From Oscillospiraceae bacterium (GTDB lineage Bacteria > Bacillota > Clostridia > Oscillospirales > Oscillospiraceae), in assembly GCA_021770845.1 (NCBI GenBank), contig JAETQF010000011.1, forward strand, positions 17,637 through 81,636: a stretch of DNA of 64,000 nucleotides, in the 5' to 3' direction. The notes under the pieces are model-generated. The model was not told where the DNA came from, searched no databases, and worked only from the letters and a program-made list of their open reading frames with translations. The position numbers and the translations under genes were made by a program. Below are positions 39,381 to 52,831 of this stretch, piece after piece; the stretch's first letter is position 1, and the number at the start of each line of letters is the position of its first letter.

Positions 39381-39553
39381 CCGCGGCCGTTGCCGCCGTC
39401 CATAGCGGCCTTCTGGCCGCCGCCGAAGGCGTGAAATCCGCCGCGAAGCGGCGGATTTGCGCAGGGCCAGCTTTGCCGGCCCGAGCAGTTCAATCAAAAA
39501 GGGGCCCCCACCCGGCACAGCCGGGTGGGGACGGCATCGCCACGGAGGATCTG
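39350..39553. repeat. 25-bp direct repeat of the kduI 3' end flanking a hairpin-rich insert
   Basis: GGACGGCATCGCCACGGAGGATCTG at 39350-39374 and 39529-39553. Confidence 0.75.
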
Positions 39554-39576
39554 CGGTAAAACAGCCAGAACACAGC

Positions 39577-39613
39577 AAAAGAACCCGGCGGAACGCTCCG
39601 CCGGGTTCTTTTT
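39577..39613. terminator. bidirectional intrinsic terminator
   Basis: AAAAGAACCCGGCGGA...TCCGCCGGGTTCTTTT between convergent kduI and gnpA. Confidence 0.82.
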
Positions 39614-39622
39614 GTCTGACGT

Positions 39623-41791
39623 TTAAATGCTGTACCAGCGGATCTCGTTGGAATCCAGATCCAGCGGGAAGCTGGAGCCGTCCCCCCGGTATACGGTGGT
39701 GGACTGGGGCTCGTAGGTGTTGTTCACCGCGCAGTACTTGCCGTTGGCGGGGAAGGCGTGCACCTCCACGTTGAGGTTGCTGGAGAACCAGCGGCACAGC
39801 GCCTCCTCGTCGTGGGCGGCCCAGAGGATGGCCCGGTGGAGGATGCGGCTGTTCTCGAAGGAGTAGGGCAGGCCGGACAGGTAGACCGTGCGGCCCTGGC
39901 CGTACTCGTTCACCGCCATCTGAACCTCCCGGTCGTGCTGAACCAGCACTTGGGCGCCCTCCAGGGCGTAGATGCCCTTTTTGCCCTCGCCGAAGTCCAC
40001 CTCGCCGGGGTTGTCGGCCAGGATGAAGTGGCCGGGGTGCTCCTCCCAGTTGTACTTGTCGTAGCCCAGGGTGAAGCCCGTCTCCTTCTCCACGCCCAAG
40101 GCCGCGGCCAGCTGGAAATACCGGCCCTGGTACTGGTGGCCGGAGGGCTCACCCACGCCGATGAAGCCGCCGCCGTTCCAGAGGAAGCCCCGGATGGCGG
40201 AGGACACGTCCGGATCCTCCCAGACCGCGCCGCCGGTGTGGGCGGTGTCCCCGTCCCCCACGTTGAGGAGCACGTCGATGCCGTCCAGTACAGACGGATC
40301 GGCCTTTACCTCGTCAAAGCTGAGGAAGCGCACGTCGAAGGGCGCGCCGGACAGGGCCTCGATGACCCCGGCGTAGGAGTAGTTCTGCTTCTGGTACAGG
40401 GCGTGGTGCACCATGTGGCAGCCCCAGGAGCGGGCCCGGCCCCAGCTGTTCAGCACCGCCACGGTCTTGGCGCAGTAGGGGGTGGTGCCCTTGATGTTGT
40501 CGTACAGCTCCCGGAACTCGTTGCACACGCTCTCCACGTAGTCGATAAACTCCGGGAACTGGCAGGCCAGCTTCAGGTAGCCGCCGTAGCCGATGCGGTC
40601 GATGGGCTTGCGGAGGATGGCCCGCCGGGCGGTGACCCAGTTCTCCCGGGCCTCCCCCACCGGGTCGCCCCCCTCGTGAAAGGTGTCCGGGAAGAAGTAG
40701 GGCAGGAAGCGGCCCTCGGTGTACTTCACCCCGGGGATGTCGCTGATGAGGCGCAGGGTGGCGCCGTTGCCCACGCTGCCCACCACGGCGTCCAGGCCGA
40801 TGGTCTTGAACTCGTCCAGATAAGGCTCGGTGCCGATGAAGTGGTCGCCCAGGAACATCATGGCCTCCTTGCCCAGCTCGTGGGTGATGTCCACCATTTC
40901 CTTGGCCAGGGCGGCCACCTCCCGGCGCTGGAAGGCCATGAAGTCCTTGAACTCCTTGGACGGCACCCGGTACTGGTTGTTGTAGTAGCCCTGATCGATG
41001 ATGAACTCCGGGCGGAAGGGATAGCCCGCCTCCCGCTCAAACTGCTCCAGAATGTAGGGGGACACCGAGGCGGAGTAGCCGTACCAGTCCACGTATTTCT
41101 CCCGCTTCAGCTCGTCGAACATGAGGGTGAACTGGTGGAAGAAGGTGGTGTACCGGATCACGTCCACGTAGGGGTGATCGGCGATAAAGTTCCGCAGCCG
41201 CTCCATGGTGAACTTGTGGGTCTTGGGCTGGCGCACATCGAAGGTGATCTGGTGCTCAAAATTCGTCCAGCCGTTGGTGACGGCGTTGTACATATGCACA
41301 GGATCCCAGATCAGGTAGGCCAGGAAGCTGACGGTGTACTCGTGGAAGGGCCGGGGGCTGTGGATCACCACGCAGCCGGTTGCCCCGTCGTAGCTCCAGG
41401 CGTCTGCCGGGATGGGCTGGCCGGTGGTGCGATCCACCACCTCCCACCACCGCTTGACGTCGTCCCGGGTGTTCACCTCCATCAGCTCGGGGCTGACCCC
41501 CTGCATCAGCGGGATGGACAGCGGGCCGCCCGCGGCGGTGTGAAAGCCGGTCATGACATAGCACTGCTGCACCTCGTCGGGGTTGGCCCGGGCCCAGTCG
41601 TTGTCCTTCCGGGTGGTGTAGTAGGTGGAGTACACCTTGGCGTCCACCGACTTGAGCTCCTCGGGGTAGTCGGTGCCGTCGCAGTCCCGGATGGCGTCCG
41701 CCCCCCAACGCTGGAGAAGCTCCAGCGTCTCGGGTACCACGTCCACGTCGGTGGGGATGGTGACCCGGCCTTTGCGTATTGTTTCTGACAT
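39623..41791 (-). CDS. gnpA: 1,3-beta-galactosyl-N-acetylhexosamine (GNB/LNB) phosphorylase, GH112
   Basis: GRVTIP, WGADAIRDCDGT, WDPVHMYN, MMFLGDH, EGRFLPYFFPD; 722 aa. Confidence 0.95.
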   Translation of the reverse strand: MSETIRKGRVTIPTDVDVVPETLELLQRWGADAIRDCDGTDYPEELKSVDAKVYSTYYTTRKDNDWARANPDEVQQCYVMTGFHTAAGGPLSIPLMQGVSPELMEVNTRDDVKRWWEVVDRTTGQPIPADAWSYDGATGCVVIHSPRPFHEYTVSFLAYLIWDPVHMYNAVTNGWTNFEHQITFDVRQPKTHKFTMERLRNFIADHPYVDVIRYTTFFHQFTLMFDELKREKYVDWYGYSASVSPYILEQFEREAGYPFRPEFIIDQGYYNNQYRVPSKEFKDFMAFQRREVAALAKEMVDITHELGKEAMMFLGDHFIGTEPYLDEFKTIGLDAVVGSVGNGATLRLISDIPGVKYTEGRFLPYFFPDTFHEGGDPVGEARENWVTARRAILRKPIDRIGYGGYLKLACQFPEFIDYVESVCNEFRELYDNIKGTTPYCAKTVAVLNSWGRARSWGCHMVHHALYQKQNYSYAGVIEALSGAPFDVRFLSFDEVKADPSVLDGIDVLLNVGDGDTAHTGGAVWEDPDVSSAIRGFLWNGGGFIGVGEPSGHQYQGRYFQLAAALGVEKETGFTLGYDKYNWEEHPGHFILADNPGEVDFGEGKKGIYALEGAQVLVQHDREVQMAVNEYGQGRTVYLSGLPYSFENSRILHRAILWAAHDEEALCRWFSSNLNVEVHAFPANGKYCAVNNTYEPQSTTVYRGDGSSFPLDLDSNEIRWYSI

Positions 41792-41939
41792 AATGATAGA
41801 ATCCTCCCTGTTATACTGCTGTACTGCGCTTGGATGGTTGCCGAGCAGAGACGGCTCGAATAGGTGTCACGTTGGTAACGCCTTCAAGCTCGCGGGTCTA
41901 AGACCCTTTTCGGTTACTTTTTCTCTCGAGAAAAAGTAA

Positions 41940-42809
41940 CTAACCCTTGATGCCGCCGCCGGTGACGCCGGAAATGATCTTTTCGGACAGGAAGATATAC
42001 AGCAGGAAGGTGGGCAGGAACACGATGATCACCGCCGCGAACATACCGCCCATCTGGCCGGTCTGCTTCATGGCGTTGATGATGTTCAGCAGGCCCACGC
42101 CCACGGGAGCCATGGACTCGCTGGTGGTGAAGATCAGGGCCATGAAGAACTCGTTCCACACGGACATGAAGTTGAAGATCGTCACCGTCACGATGGCGGG
42201 CTGCACCAGGGGCAGCATGATCTTCAGGAAGGTCTTGGGGGCGCTGCACCCGTCCAGATAAGCGGCCTCCTCATAGGCCCGGGACAGGGTGGAGAAGAAG
42301 TCCAGCAGGTAGATGGTGGTGTAGGGCACCCGGAGCAGGATGTACAGGATGACCAGCAGCACCCGGCCCTTGATCCCCCACTGCACGGACAGGGAGTAGA
42401 TGGGCATGATCACCATGATGACGGGCACGCTCATGGCGATGACCAGGCCGATGCGCAGGGCCTTGCCGCCGGTGAACTTCCACCGGGAGAGCACATAGGC
42501 CGCCGGGGCGGAGATGGCCAGCACGCCCACGCAGGAGATCACGGAGTACAGCAGGGAGTTGCCGAAGAATACGGACACGTTCTGCACGTTCCAGGCCGTG
42601 GCGTAGTTCTCCCAGTGGAGGCCGGTGGAGAACTGGAAGATCTGGCCCTGGTAGATGTCCCGGGGAGTGGACAGGCTGGCCCCGATGATCCAGCCCAGCA
42701 TCACCACGGTGAAGGCCAGCCAGAGCAGCACGATGATGTAGCCGGGAAGGAGGCGGAGCTCCTTGTGCCAGTTGATTTTGGCCCGGTAGGCTTTCTTTTC
42801 GTTTTTCAT
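41940..42809 (-). CDS. carbohydrate ABC permease
   Basis: EEAAYLDG EAA loop, WNEFF, GGIKG. Confidence 0.92.
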   Translation of the reverse strand: MKNEKKAYRAKINWHKELRLLPGYIIVLLWLAFTVVMLGWIIGASLSTPRDIYQGQIFQFSTGLHWENYATAWNVQNVSVFFGNSLLYSVISCVGVLAISAPAAYVLSRWKFTGGKALRIGLVIAMSVPVIMVIMPIYSLSVQWGIKGRVLLVILYILLRVPYTTIYLLDFFSTLSRAYEEAAYLDGCSAPKTFLKIMLPLVQPAIVTVTIFNFMSVWNEFFMALIFTTSESMAPVGVGLLNIINAMKQTGQMGGMFAAVIIVFLPTFLLYIFLSEKIISGVTGGGIKG

Positions 42810-42825
42810 GTTCGCTCCCCCTCTC

Positions 42826-43719
42826 TCAGTATTCCAGGTCGCTGCCCTTGAACAGCTTTTCGGTGACCAGGTAGACGGCGATGATGATCAGGGTCAGCAC
42901 CACGCCCACCGCGGCGCCCGCCCCGGCGTCCCGCTGGGTGATGCCCTTCCCGCCGAACACCATGTCGTACAGGTAGATCACCGGCACGATGGTGGACGAC
43001 TCGGTGTCAATGGGGGAGAACATCTTAGTCCACAGGAAGAAGGTGGTGGTGTTGATGCTCCAGAAGGTGATGGAGGTCTTGATGACGCCCTTGAGCAGGG
43101 GCAGGGTGATCCGGGTGAACTGGGCCACCTTGCCCGCGCCGTCGATGGTGGCGGCCTCGTAGAGATCCTGGGGGATGCCCTCGATGCCGCTGATGTAGAT
43201 GAGCATATAGTAGCCCACGCTGCCGAAGATGAAGGAGCCGGTCATGGACCAGAACTTCAAATCAGTGCCCAGCCACTTCACCTTTTCGCCGCCGAAGAAC
43301 TGGACGATGTTGTTGAGCATACCGTAGTCGTAGTTGAAAATGTACTGGATCCACATGGTGGCCAGGGCCACGGCGCTGATGATGTTGGGCAGGTAGATGA
43401 CGGCCCGGAAGAACTTCTTGCCCCGGATGCCGCTGGTAACCACCACCGCCATCAGCATGGCCAGCGCCAGGGTGATGATGCCGCCCACGAACCAGATCAG
43501 CAGCATATTGCGCATGGAGGTTATAAAGCTGGCGCTCTTGAAGATCTTCAGGTAATTGCCCAGGCCGTAGAAGCTCCAGTCGCCCACGGTGGCGGTGACG
43601 CTTTCTACACGGAAGAAGCTCATCAGCACCGTGCGGCACACGGGGTAGACGAACATGATCAGCAGGGACAGCACGGCGGGCAGGCTGAACCAGAAGATCA
43701 TGGCCTTATTTTTTCTCAT
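42826..43719 (-). CDS. carbohydrate ABC permease
   Basis: GLGNY, YEAATIDGA, ITLPLL. Confidence 0.92.
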   Translation of the reverse strand: MRKNKAMIFWFSLPAVLSLLIMFVYPVCRTVLMSFFRVESVTATVGDWSFYGLGNYLKIFKSASFITSMRNMLLIWFVGGIITLALAMLMAVVVTSGIRGKKFFRAVIYLPNIISAVALATMWIQYIFNYDYGMLNNIVQFFGGEKVKWLGTDLKFWSMTGSFIFGSVGYYMLIYISGIEGIPQDLYEAATIDGAGKVAQFTRITLPLLKGVIKTSITFWSINTTTFFLWTKMFSPIDTESSTIVPVIYLYDMVFGGKGITQRDAGAGAAVGVVLTLIIIAVYLVTEKLFKGSDLEY

Positions 43720-43820
43720 AATGCCCTCTCCTTTCAAGCTGGAATGCAAGCCGGGATAAAAGAGGCAGGCGGCGCCGGTGGGGCGCCGCCTGCCAGCGCG
43801 ACGGATGTACGTCTATTTTC

Positions 43821-45143
43821 TTATTTGTACAGGGCGTCCAGGGCGGCGCAGAAGTCGGCGCCGGTGGCGTACTTGCCCTCGAACAGCTCGGTGCACATGG
43901 ACTTGATGGTGTCCTTCACGTCGGGGTTGGCGCTGATGCCCGCGCACCAGGTCATGGGCTTGTCGGCGGCCAGCAGGGTCTCCACGGTGCCGTTGAGGAC
44001 GGCGGGAGCGGTGTTGCGGCTGTCGGCGGGGATCTGGGCGGCGGTGTCGGCCATCTTCTGATCCCACTCGCCGGTGGTCAGGAAGATGATGAAGTCAAAG
44101 GCGGCCTGGGGGTTCTTGCTGTAGCTGGTGATGGCCAGGGAGTTGGCGCCGGCGTAAGCGGAGGCGTTGTCCGCGCCGCCGTCCACAGCGGGGTAGTTGA
44201 ACAGGCCCCAGTTGACCTGGGTCTGGGTGTTGTTGTTCACCTCGGCGGTGACGTAGTTGGCGCACACGATCATGGCGGCCTGGCCGAAGCCGATCTTGTT
44301 CTCACTGGAGGGGAACTCGTCGGGGGCGCCGTCCACGAAGAAGCCCTTGTTGATCAGGTCGATGATCTCGTCAGCGGCCTTCTCGGCGGCGGTGCCGCTC
44401 CAGCCGCCGTTCATGGTCAGCTCCTCGATCTTGGCCTCGCCCAGGTGGCGAACCAGCTGATGATAGAAGGCGAAGTCGCAGTAGGCGGAGTCCTGGGCGA
44501 TGGGGGCGATGCCGGCGTCCTTCAGCTTCTGGCACACGTCAAGGAACTCGGCCCAGGTCTTGGGCTCGGCGGTGACGCCGGCCTTGGTGAAGGCGTCCTT
44601 GTCGTAGAAGATGCCGCCCACCTGGGGCTGCTCGGCGATGGCGTTCAGATAGCCGGCCCACTCCACGGACTGATCGTTGAGGCACTTGTAGCTGAAGCTG
44701 TCGTAGTTGACGGCCTTGGCCATGTCGGTCAGGTCATAGGTGAACTTGTTGTAGACGGTGCCGATGCGCTTGTAGTCGTCCTCGATGATGTCGATGTTGT
44801 CCTGGGCCTCCAGGGAAGCGGCCAGAACCTTGTTCACGTCGCGGCCCTTGAACTCGATGTTGATCTTGGCGCCGGTCTCGGCCTCGAAGGCGGCCTTGGC
44901 CTCCTCGATGACGTTGGCCTGGGGCTCGCCGGAGCTCCACATGAACCACATCGTCAGCTCCACGCCCTCATACTTCTTGTCGCCGCCCTCGGGGGCCTTG
45001 CTCTCCTCGGCGCCGGACTGGGACTCGGGGGGGTTGCTCTCGGGAGCCTTCGTCTCGTTGCCGCCGGCGTTGGAGCACCCGGCCAGCATGGCCAGAACCA
45101 TGACGGCAGCCAGCAGCAGAGCCATGAGCTTCTTCATTTTCAT
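43821..45143 (-). CDS. carbohydrate ABC substrate-binding lipoprotein
   Basis: Lipobox LAGC; family-1 SBP motifs (FYDKDAF, PKTWAEF). Confidence 0.9.
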   Translation of the reverse strand: MKMKKLMALLLAAVMVLAMLAGCSNAGGNETKAPESNPPESQSGAEESKAPEGGDKKYEGVELTMWFMWSSGEPQANVIEEAKAAFEAETGAKINIEFKGRDVNKVLAASLEAQDNIDIIEDDYKRIGTVYNKFTYDLTDMAKAVNYDSFSYKCLNDQSVEWAGYLNAIAEQPQVGGIFYDKDAFTKAGVTAEPKTWAEFLDVCQKLKDAGIAPIAQDSAYCDFAFYHQLVRHLGEAKIEELTMNGGWSGTAAEKAADEIIDLINKGFFVDGAPDEFPSSENKIGFGQAAMIVCANYVTAEVNNNTQTQVNWGLFNYPAVDGGADNASAYAGANSLAITSYSKNPQAAFDFIIFLTTGEWDQKMADTAAQIPADSRNTAPAVLNGTVETLLAADKPMTWCAGISANPDVKDTIKSMCTELFEGKYATGADFCAALDALYK

Positions 45144-45640
45144 GTTCTACCTCCTGAAATGATAAATGATGTCTTTGGCCGTTTCCGGCCTGTTCAACTA
45201 CAAGTATAGCTGTTTCCCCGGCGGGGAAACAGCCCTGTTCTTGCTCTGCTTTTTAGAAATATTGCTTATTTTTGCCTTGGGCAAAATTCACAGGAGAATT
45301 CCCCTTTCTTCTGGAGGAAATCGGTATTCTGTCCGGGAACCTGGGAGAGGAATCGGGAGGAAATGCACAGAAAACGGGAAAGAACAATACAGATTATGGT
45401 GAAATTTGCACAATATCCCCGGAGGAATAACCGAGAATCACAAAAAAGACGGCTTGACGACTTGCACAAAATTGCGCCGCCGGGAGGGGGAGACCCCGCT
45501 CCCTGGAGGGCGTTTCATGAAATTCTGCTGGAATGAATATTTTTTTATGGACGGGGAGCGGCGGGTGTGATACAATGAGAGCAATGACGGTTCCTCCCGG
45601 GAAGGGGGGCGTATTTCTGTGGGCAAAGGAGAGGAGTTCC

Positions 45641-47005
45641 ATGGAAGAACAGATGGAATGGCAGGACAGCTATAATATCGGGGTGGAGATCATCGACCGG
45701 GAGCACCAGCGCCTGTTCCGGATCATCAACCGGCTGCTGGCCTATGACGACGACAAGGGCCAGTGGGCCAGCCAGGAGGGGATCAAGTATTTCAAGGCCC
45801 ACGCGGTCAAGCACTTTGACGAGGAGGAGGAGTACATGGCCTCCATCGGCTACCCGGGGCTGGAGACCCACCGGAAGATCCACCGGAGCTTCCGGGACGG
45901 CACCCTCCCCGCCCTGGAGCGGGAGCTGGTGGAGACGGACTACAGCCCCGACGCGGTGGAGCATTTCCTGGGGGTGTGCTCCGGCTGGCTCATCGGCCAC
46001 ACCCTCACGGAGGATCAGGCCATTGTGGGCTCCGGCACCAGCAAATGGGGAAACCTGCTCTCCAAGGACAAGATGGCCGCCCTGACCAAGATCATCACCC
46101 AGCTGCTGTTCGATATGTTCCAGCTGGAGTCGGAGCTGGTGAGCGACACCTACGCCGGGGAGCGGTTCGGCCAGGGGGTCTACTACCGGCTGGTTTATGA
46201 GGAGGGGAAGAAAAGCCAGGAGGTCATTCTGGCCCTGGAGGAAAAGCTGATGGTGAGCACCGTGGGGCGCATTCTGGGGCTCCAGACCAGCAAGCTGGAT
46301 CTGATGCTGATCAACGCCGTCCGGTACACCGCCCGGCAGTTTGTGGATCAGGTGCTGAACTTCTTCCCGGACGGGCCCCGGAAGTTCAAGGCGGAGAGCC
46401 TGCTGTCCTATGAGCAGCTCCAGCGGGTGTTCCGGACCAAGAAGCCCCAGGTGAGCCTGCTGTTCAACACCGGGAAGGGGTACTTCGCCTACTGCGCCAT
46501 CTCCCCGGCCCAGGAGGAGACCGTCACCGTCACCCCCATCCAGGCGGACAACGCCATCGAGGAGGTGGAACGCTACCTGGCCGACCGGGAGAGGGACGCC
46601 AACAAGCCCAAGGTGCTGGTGGTGGACGATTCCGCCACCCTGCGGGAGGCCATGCGGAAGTTGCTGGAGGCGGACTACGAGGTGTCGCTGGCGGAATCCG
46701 GCGTGGCGGCCATCCGGGCCATCTCTCTGGACAGGCCGGACATGGTGCTGCTGGACTATGAGATGCCGGTCTGCGACGGGCGGCAGACGCTGGAGATGCT
46801 GCGCTCGGAGAAGTCCTTCGCGGATCTGCCGGTGATCTTCCTCACCGGGCGCAGCGACCCGGCGGCGGTGCGGGCCCTGCTGGCCCTGAAGCCGGCGGGC
46901 TATCTGCTGAAGTATCTGAAGCCGGAGGACATCAAGCATAAGATCGATGACCTCTTTGAAAAGCTGTGCCAAGGAGGAACGCCTTCGGGGGTTTGTGAAA
47001 AATAG
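45641..47005 (+). CDS. hemerythrin + CheX-like + receiver domain signalling protein
   Basis: Hemerythrin W..Y.IG..ID.EH, HF.EEE, H...H, H....D; C-terminal REC VVDDS, LLDYEMP, FLTG. Confidence 0.82.
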   Translation: MEEQMEWQDSYNIGVEIIDREHQRLFRIINRLLAYDDDKGQWASQEGIKYFKAHAVKHFDEEEEYMASIGYPGLETHRKIHRSFRDGTLPALERELVETDYSPDAVEHFLGVCSGWLIGHTLTEDQAIVGSGTSKWGNLLSKDKMAALTKIITQLLFDMFQLESELVSDTYAGERFGQGVYYRLVYEEGKKSQEVILALEEKLMVSTVGRILGLQTSKLDLMLINAVRYTARQFVDQVLNFFPDGPRKFKAESLLSYEQLQRVFRTKKPQVSLLFNTGKGYFAYCAISPAQEETVTVTPIQADNAIEEVERYLADRERDANKPKVLVVDDSATLREAMRKLLEADYEVSLAESGVAAIRAISLDRPDMVLLDYEMPVCDGRQTLEMLRSEKSFADLPVIFLTGRSDPAAVRALLALKPAGYLLKYLKPEDIKHKIDDLFEKLCQGGTPSGVCEK

Positions 47006-47008
47006 GGA

Positions 47009-47037
47009 TTGACAGCGGGGCGTACATAGGGTATATA
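47009..47037 (+). promoter_or_regulatory. sigma-A promoter
   Basis: TTGACA-17-TATATA. Confidence 0.72.
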
Positions 47038-47049
47038 AGGAAGTGCATC

Positions 47050-47175
47050 CTTCAGAGGGAGTAGCCTGCGCGGATCCTCCGCGTTTGCCGGAACGTCAAT
47101 ACGGCCCCTTGGGGCCCGGACGGCAATGAAAAGGCGAGACTCTGCTGTCTTGTGACGGCGGGGTCTCGCCTTTTC
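47050..47175 (+). ncRNA. yybP-ykoY (Mn2+) riboswitch with overlapping terminator
   Basis: CAGAGGGAGTAGCCT...CGTCAATAC...AGGCGAGACTCTG; terminator AGGCGAGACTCTGCTGTC-TTGT-GACGGCGGGGTCTCGCCTTTT. Confidence 0.85.
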
Positions 47176-47231
47176 TGACCATACTAAGCGTAATCCAGTC
47201 CGATCACACCACACAGAAATGAGGAGATCAG

Positions 47232-48860
47232 ATGACCATCGCGCAGCTTTCCCTGTTCCTCGTCCGGCTGCTGGCCGGGACGGGGGTGTTCCTGGTGGGC
47301 GTGCACCTGCTGACCGCCAACATCGAGCAGCTGGCCACCGGGCGGATCAAGGAGCTGTTCGGCAGAACCGCCGACCGGCGGCTGGTGAACGTGGGGGTGG
47401 GGGCGGCGGCCACCGCCCTGATCCAGAGCTCCGGGGTGACCACGGTGCTCATCGTGGGCTTCGTCAACGTGGGGGTGGTGAACCTCCACCAGGCGGCGGC
47501 CATGATCATGGGGGCCAACATCGGCACCACCGTCACCGCCCAGATCGCCGCCCTCAGCGCCTTCCCCGTCACCACCTACGTCCAGATCCTCACCTTTGTG
47601 GGCATACTCATGGCCATGGCCTGCAAACGGGACGGGCTGAAGCGCACGGGCATGATCCTGGGGGGGCTGGGGCTGATCTTCGTGGGCCTGTCCCTCATGT
47701 CCAGCGCCATGGAGGAGAGCCGGGACGCGGTGCAGTTCCTGTTCCAGTCGGTGACCAACCCCCTGCTCCTGCTGCTGGTGGGCGTGCTGCTCACCGCCCT
47801 GGTGCAGTCCAGCTCGGCCACCACGTCGGTGATCATCGCCATGTCGGTGGCGGGGCTCACCATCGGCTCCGGCGGGAACGAGGTGCTGTATATCATCCTG
47901 GGCACCAACATCGGCTCCTGCGTCACCGCCCTGATGTCCTCCGCCACCGCCGGAGCCAACGCCCGGCGGGCGGGGCTGATCCACCTGCTGTTCAACACCC
48001 TGGGCTCCGCGCTGTTCTTTGTCCTGCTGCTCCTCTGGCCGGGCTTTATGGACGTCACCTTCCGCCGGTGGTTCCCCGCCCCCGCCACCCAGATCGCCAT
48101 GTTCCACACCTTCTTCAACGTGGTGTGCACCCTGCTGTTCCTGCCCCTGAGCGACTGGTTTGTCCGGGTGTCCCAGGCCCTGATCCGGGAGAAGGAGGCC
48201 CCCGGCACGGCGGCCGGGGACACCTTCCTGGACGAGCGTATGCTGTCCTCCGCCTCCCTGGCCATCGACCTGCTGGACAAGGAGCTGGTGCGGCTGTCCG
48301 ACACGGCGATGGACGCCTTCCGCACGGGCTACCGGGCCTTCGCCCAGAAGGACGTGGGCCTCATCGACCCCACCCTGCGGCTCATTGAGGAGGCCAACGA
48401 GGTGGAGCAGGAGATGGTGAGCTACCTGATCCGGCTGTCCGCCCAGAGCAAGCTGGCGGACGAGCGGCCCATCTCCAACCTCCACAGCAGCCTGGGGGAC
48501 GTGATGCGTATTGCCGAGATCGCGGACAACTTCACCAAGTACGCCCGGCGGACGGTGGAGGAGGGGCTGGACTTCTCCGAGACGGTGATGGAGGAGCTGG
48601 GCGAGATGACCGGGCGGCTGGAGGAGCTGTACGCCCTCACCCGGCAGGCGGTGCTGGAGAAGAACCCGGGCCTGCTGCCCCAGATCAACCGGGTGGAGGA
48701 GGACGTGGACGCCATGCGCCGCCGCCTCATCGACCGGCACATCCAGCGGCTCAACGCCGGGGCGTGCCGCCCGGAGTCCAGCGGGGTGTTCATCAACCTG
48801 GTGTCCAACCTGGAGCGTCTGGGCGATCACCTCACGTATATCGCCTGCACGGTGGAATAG
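47232..48860 (+). CDS. Na/Pi cotransporter family protein (paralog 2)
   Basis: QSSG/QSSS motifs, GANIGTT, GTNIGS, LERLGDH. Confidence 0.9.
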   Translation: MTIAQLSLFLVRLLAGTGVFLVGVHLLTANIEQLATGRIKELFGRTADRRLVNVGVGAAATALIQSSGVTTVLIVGFVNVGVVNLHQAAAMIMGANIGTTVTAQIAALSAFPVTTYVQILTFVGILMAMACKRDGLKRTGMILGGLGLIFVGLSLMSSAMEESRDAVQFLFQSVTNPLLLLLVGVLLTALVQSSSATTSVIIAMSVAGLTIGSGGNEVLYIILGTNIGSCVTALMSSATAGANARRAGLIHLLFNTLGSALFFVLLLLWPGFMDVTFRRWFPAPATQIAMFHTFFNVVCTLLFLPLSDWFVRVSQALIREKEAPGTAAGDTFLDERMLSSASLAIDLLDKELVRLSDTAMDAFRTGYRAFAQKDVGLIDPTLRLIEEANEVEQEMVSYLIRLSAQSKLADERPISNLHSSLGDVMRIAEIADNFTKYARRTVEEGLDFSETVMEELGEMTGRLEELYALTRQAVLEKNPGLLPQINRVEEDVDAMRRRLIDRHIQRLNAGACRPESSGVFINLVSNLERLGDHLTYIACTVE

Positions 48861-48994
48861 CCGCCGAGAAAGATTGCCGAAAAAAACACAATTAGGAATT
48901 GCAAACCCGCCGGAACTGTGATAAACTGTTACCCGCGAAACGGTAGCGAAACCGTATGGGTACTCGTTCTCATATGAAAAGGAGGAAAACGCCT

Positions 48995-52666
<3,672 letters not shown>

Positions 52667-52695
52667 TCGCGCAGCTTTCCGCATAACAAAGCCCC

Positions 52696-52732
52696 AAAAG
52701 GGGGACGCTTCTTCTGGAAGCGTCCCCCTTTT
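52696..52732. terminator. intrinsic terminator after nifJ
   Basis: AAAAGGGGGACGCTTC...GAAGCGTCCCCTTTTT. Confidence 0.8.
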
Positions 52733-52756
52733 CTGTGCCAAATCAAACCGCCGCCT

Positions 52757-52780
52757 GTAGGGGTGCACACTGTGGGCCCG
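52757..52780 (+). repeat. degenerate GTAG-type REP
   Basis: GTAGGGGTGCACACTGTGGGCCCG. Confidence 0.5.
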
Positions 52781-52831
52781 CCGTCCATTGGGCAGCGCCT
52801 TGGGCCTGTGCCGCTGTAAACCTCGGTTCCT

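Noticed and set aside
41875-41940. AAGCTCGCGGGTCTAAG resembles part of a c-di-GMP-I riboswitch
   Set aside because: No GGCAAA/P2 GAAA tetraloop and it is antisense to the flanking genes; the adjacent GTTACTTTTTCTC/GAGAAAAAGTAAC is better read as a simple intergenic hairpin
48915-48935. Rex operator upstream of nifJ (TGTGATAAACTGTTACC)
   Set aside because: Only one half resembles TTGTGAA-N4-TTCACAA and it coincides with the likely extended -10 element
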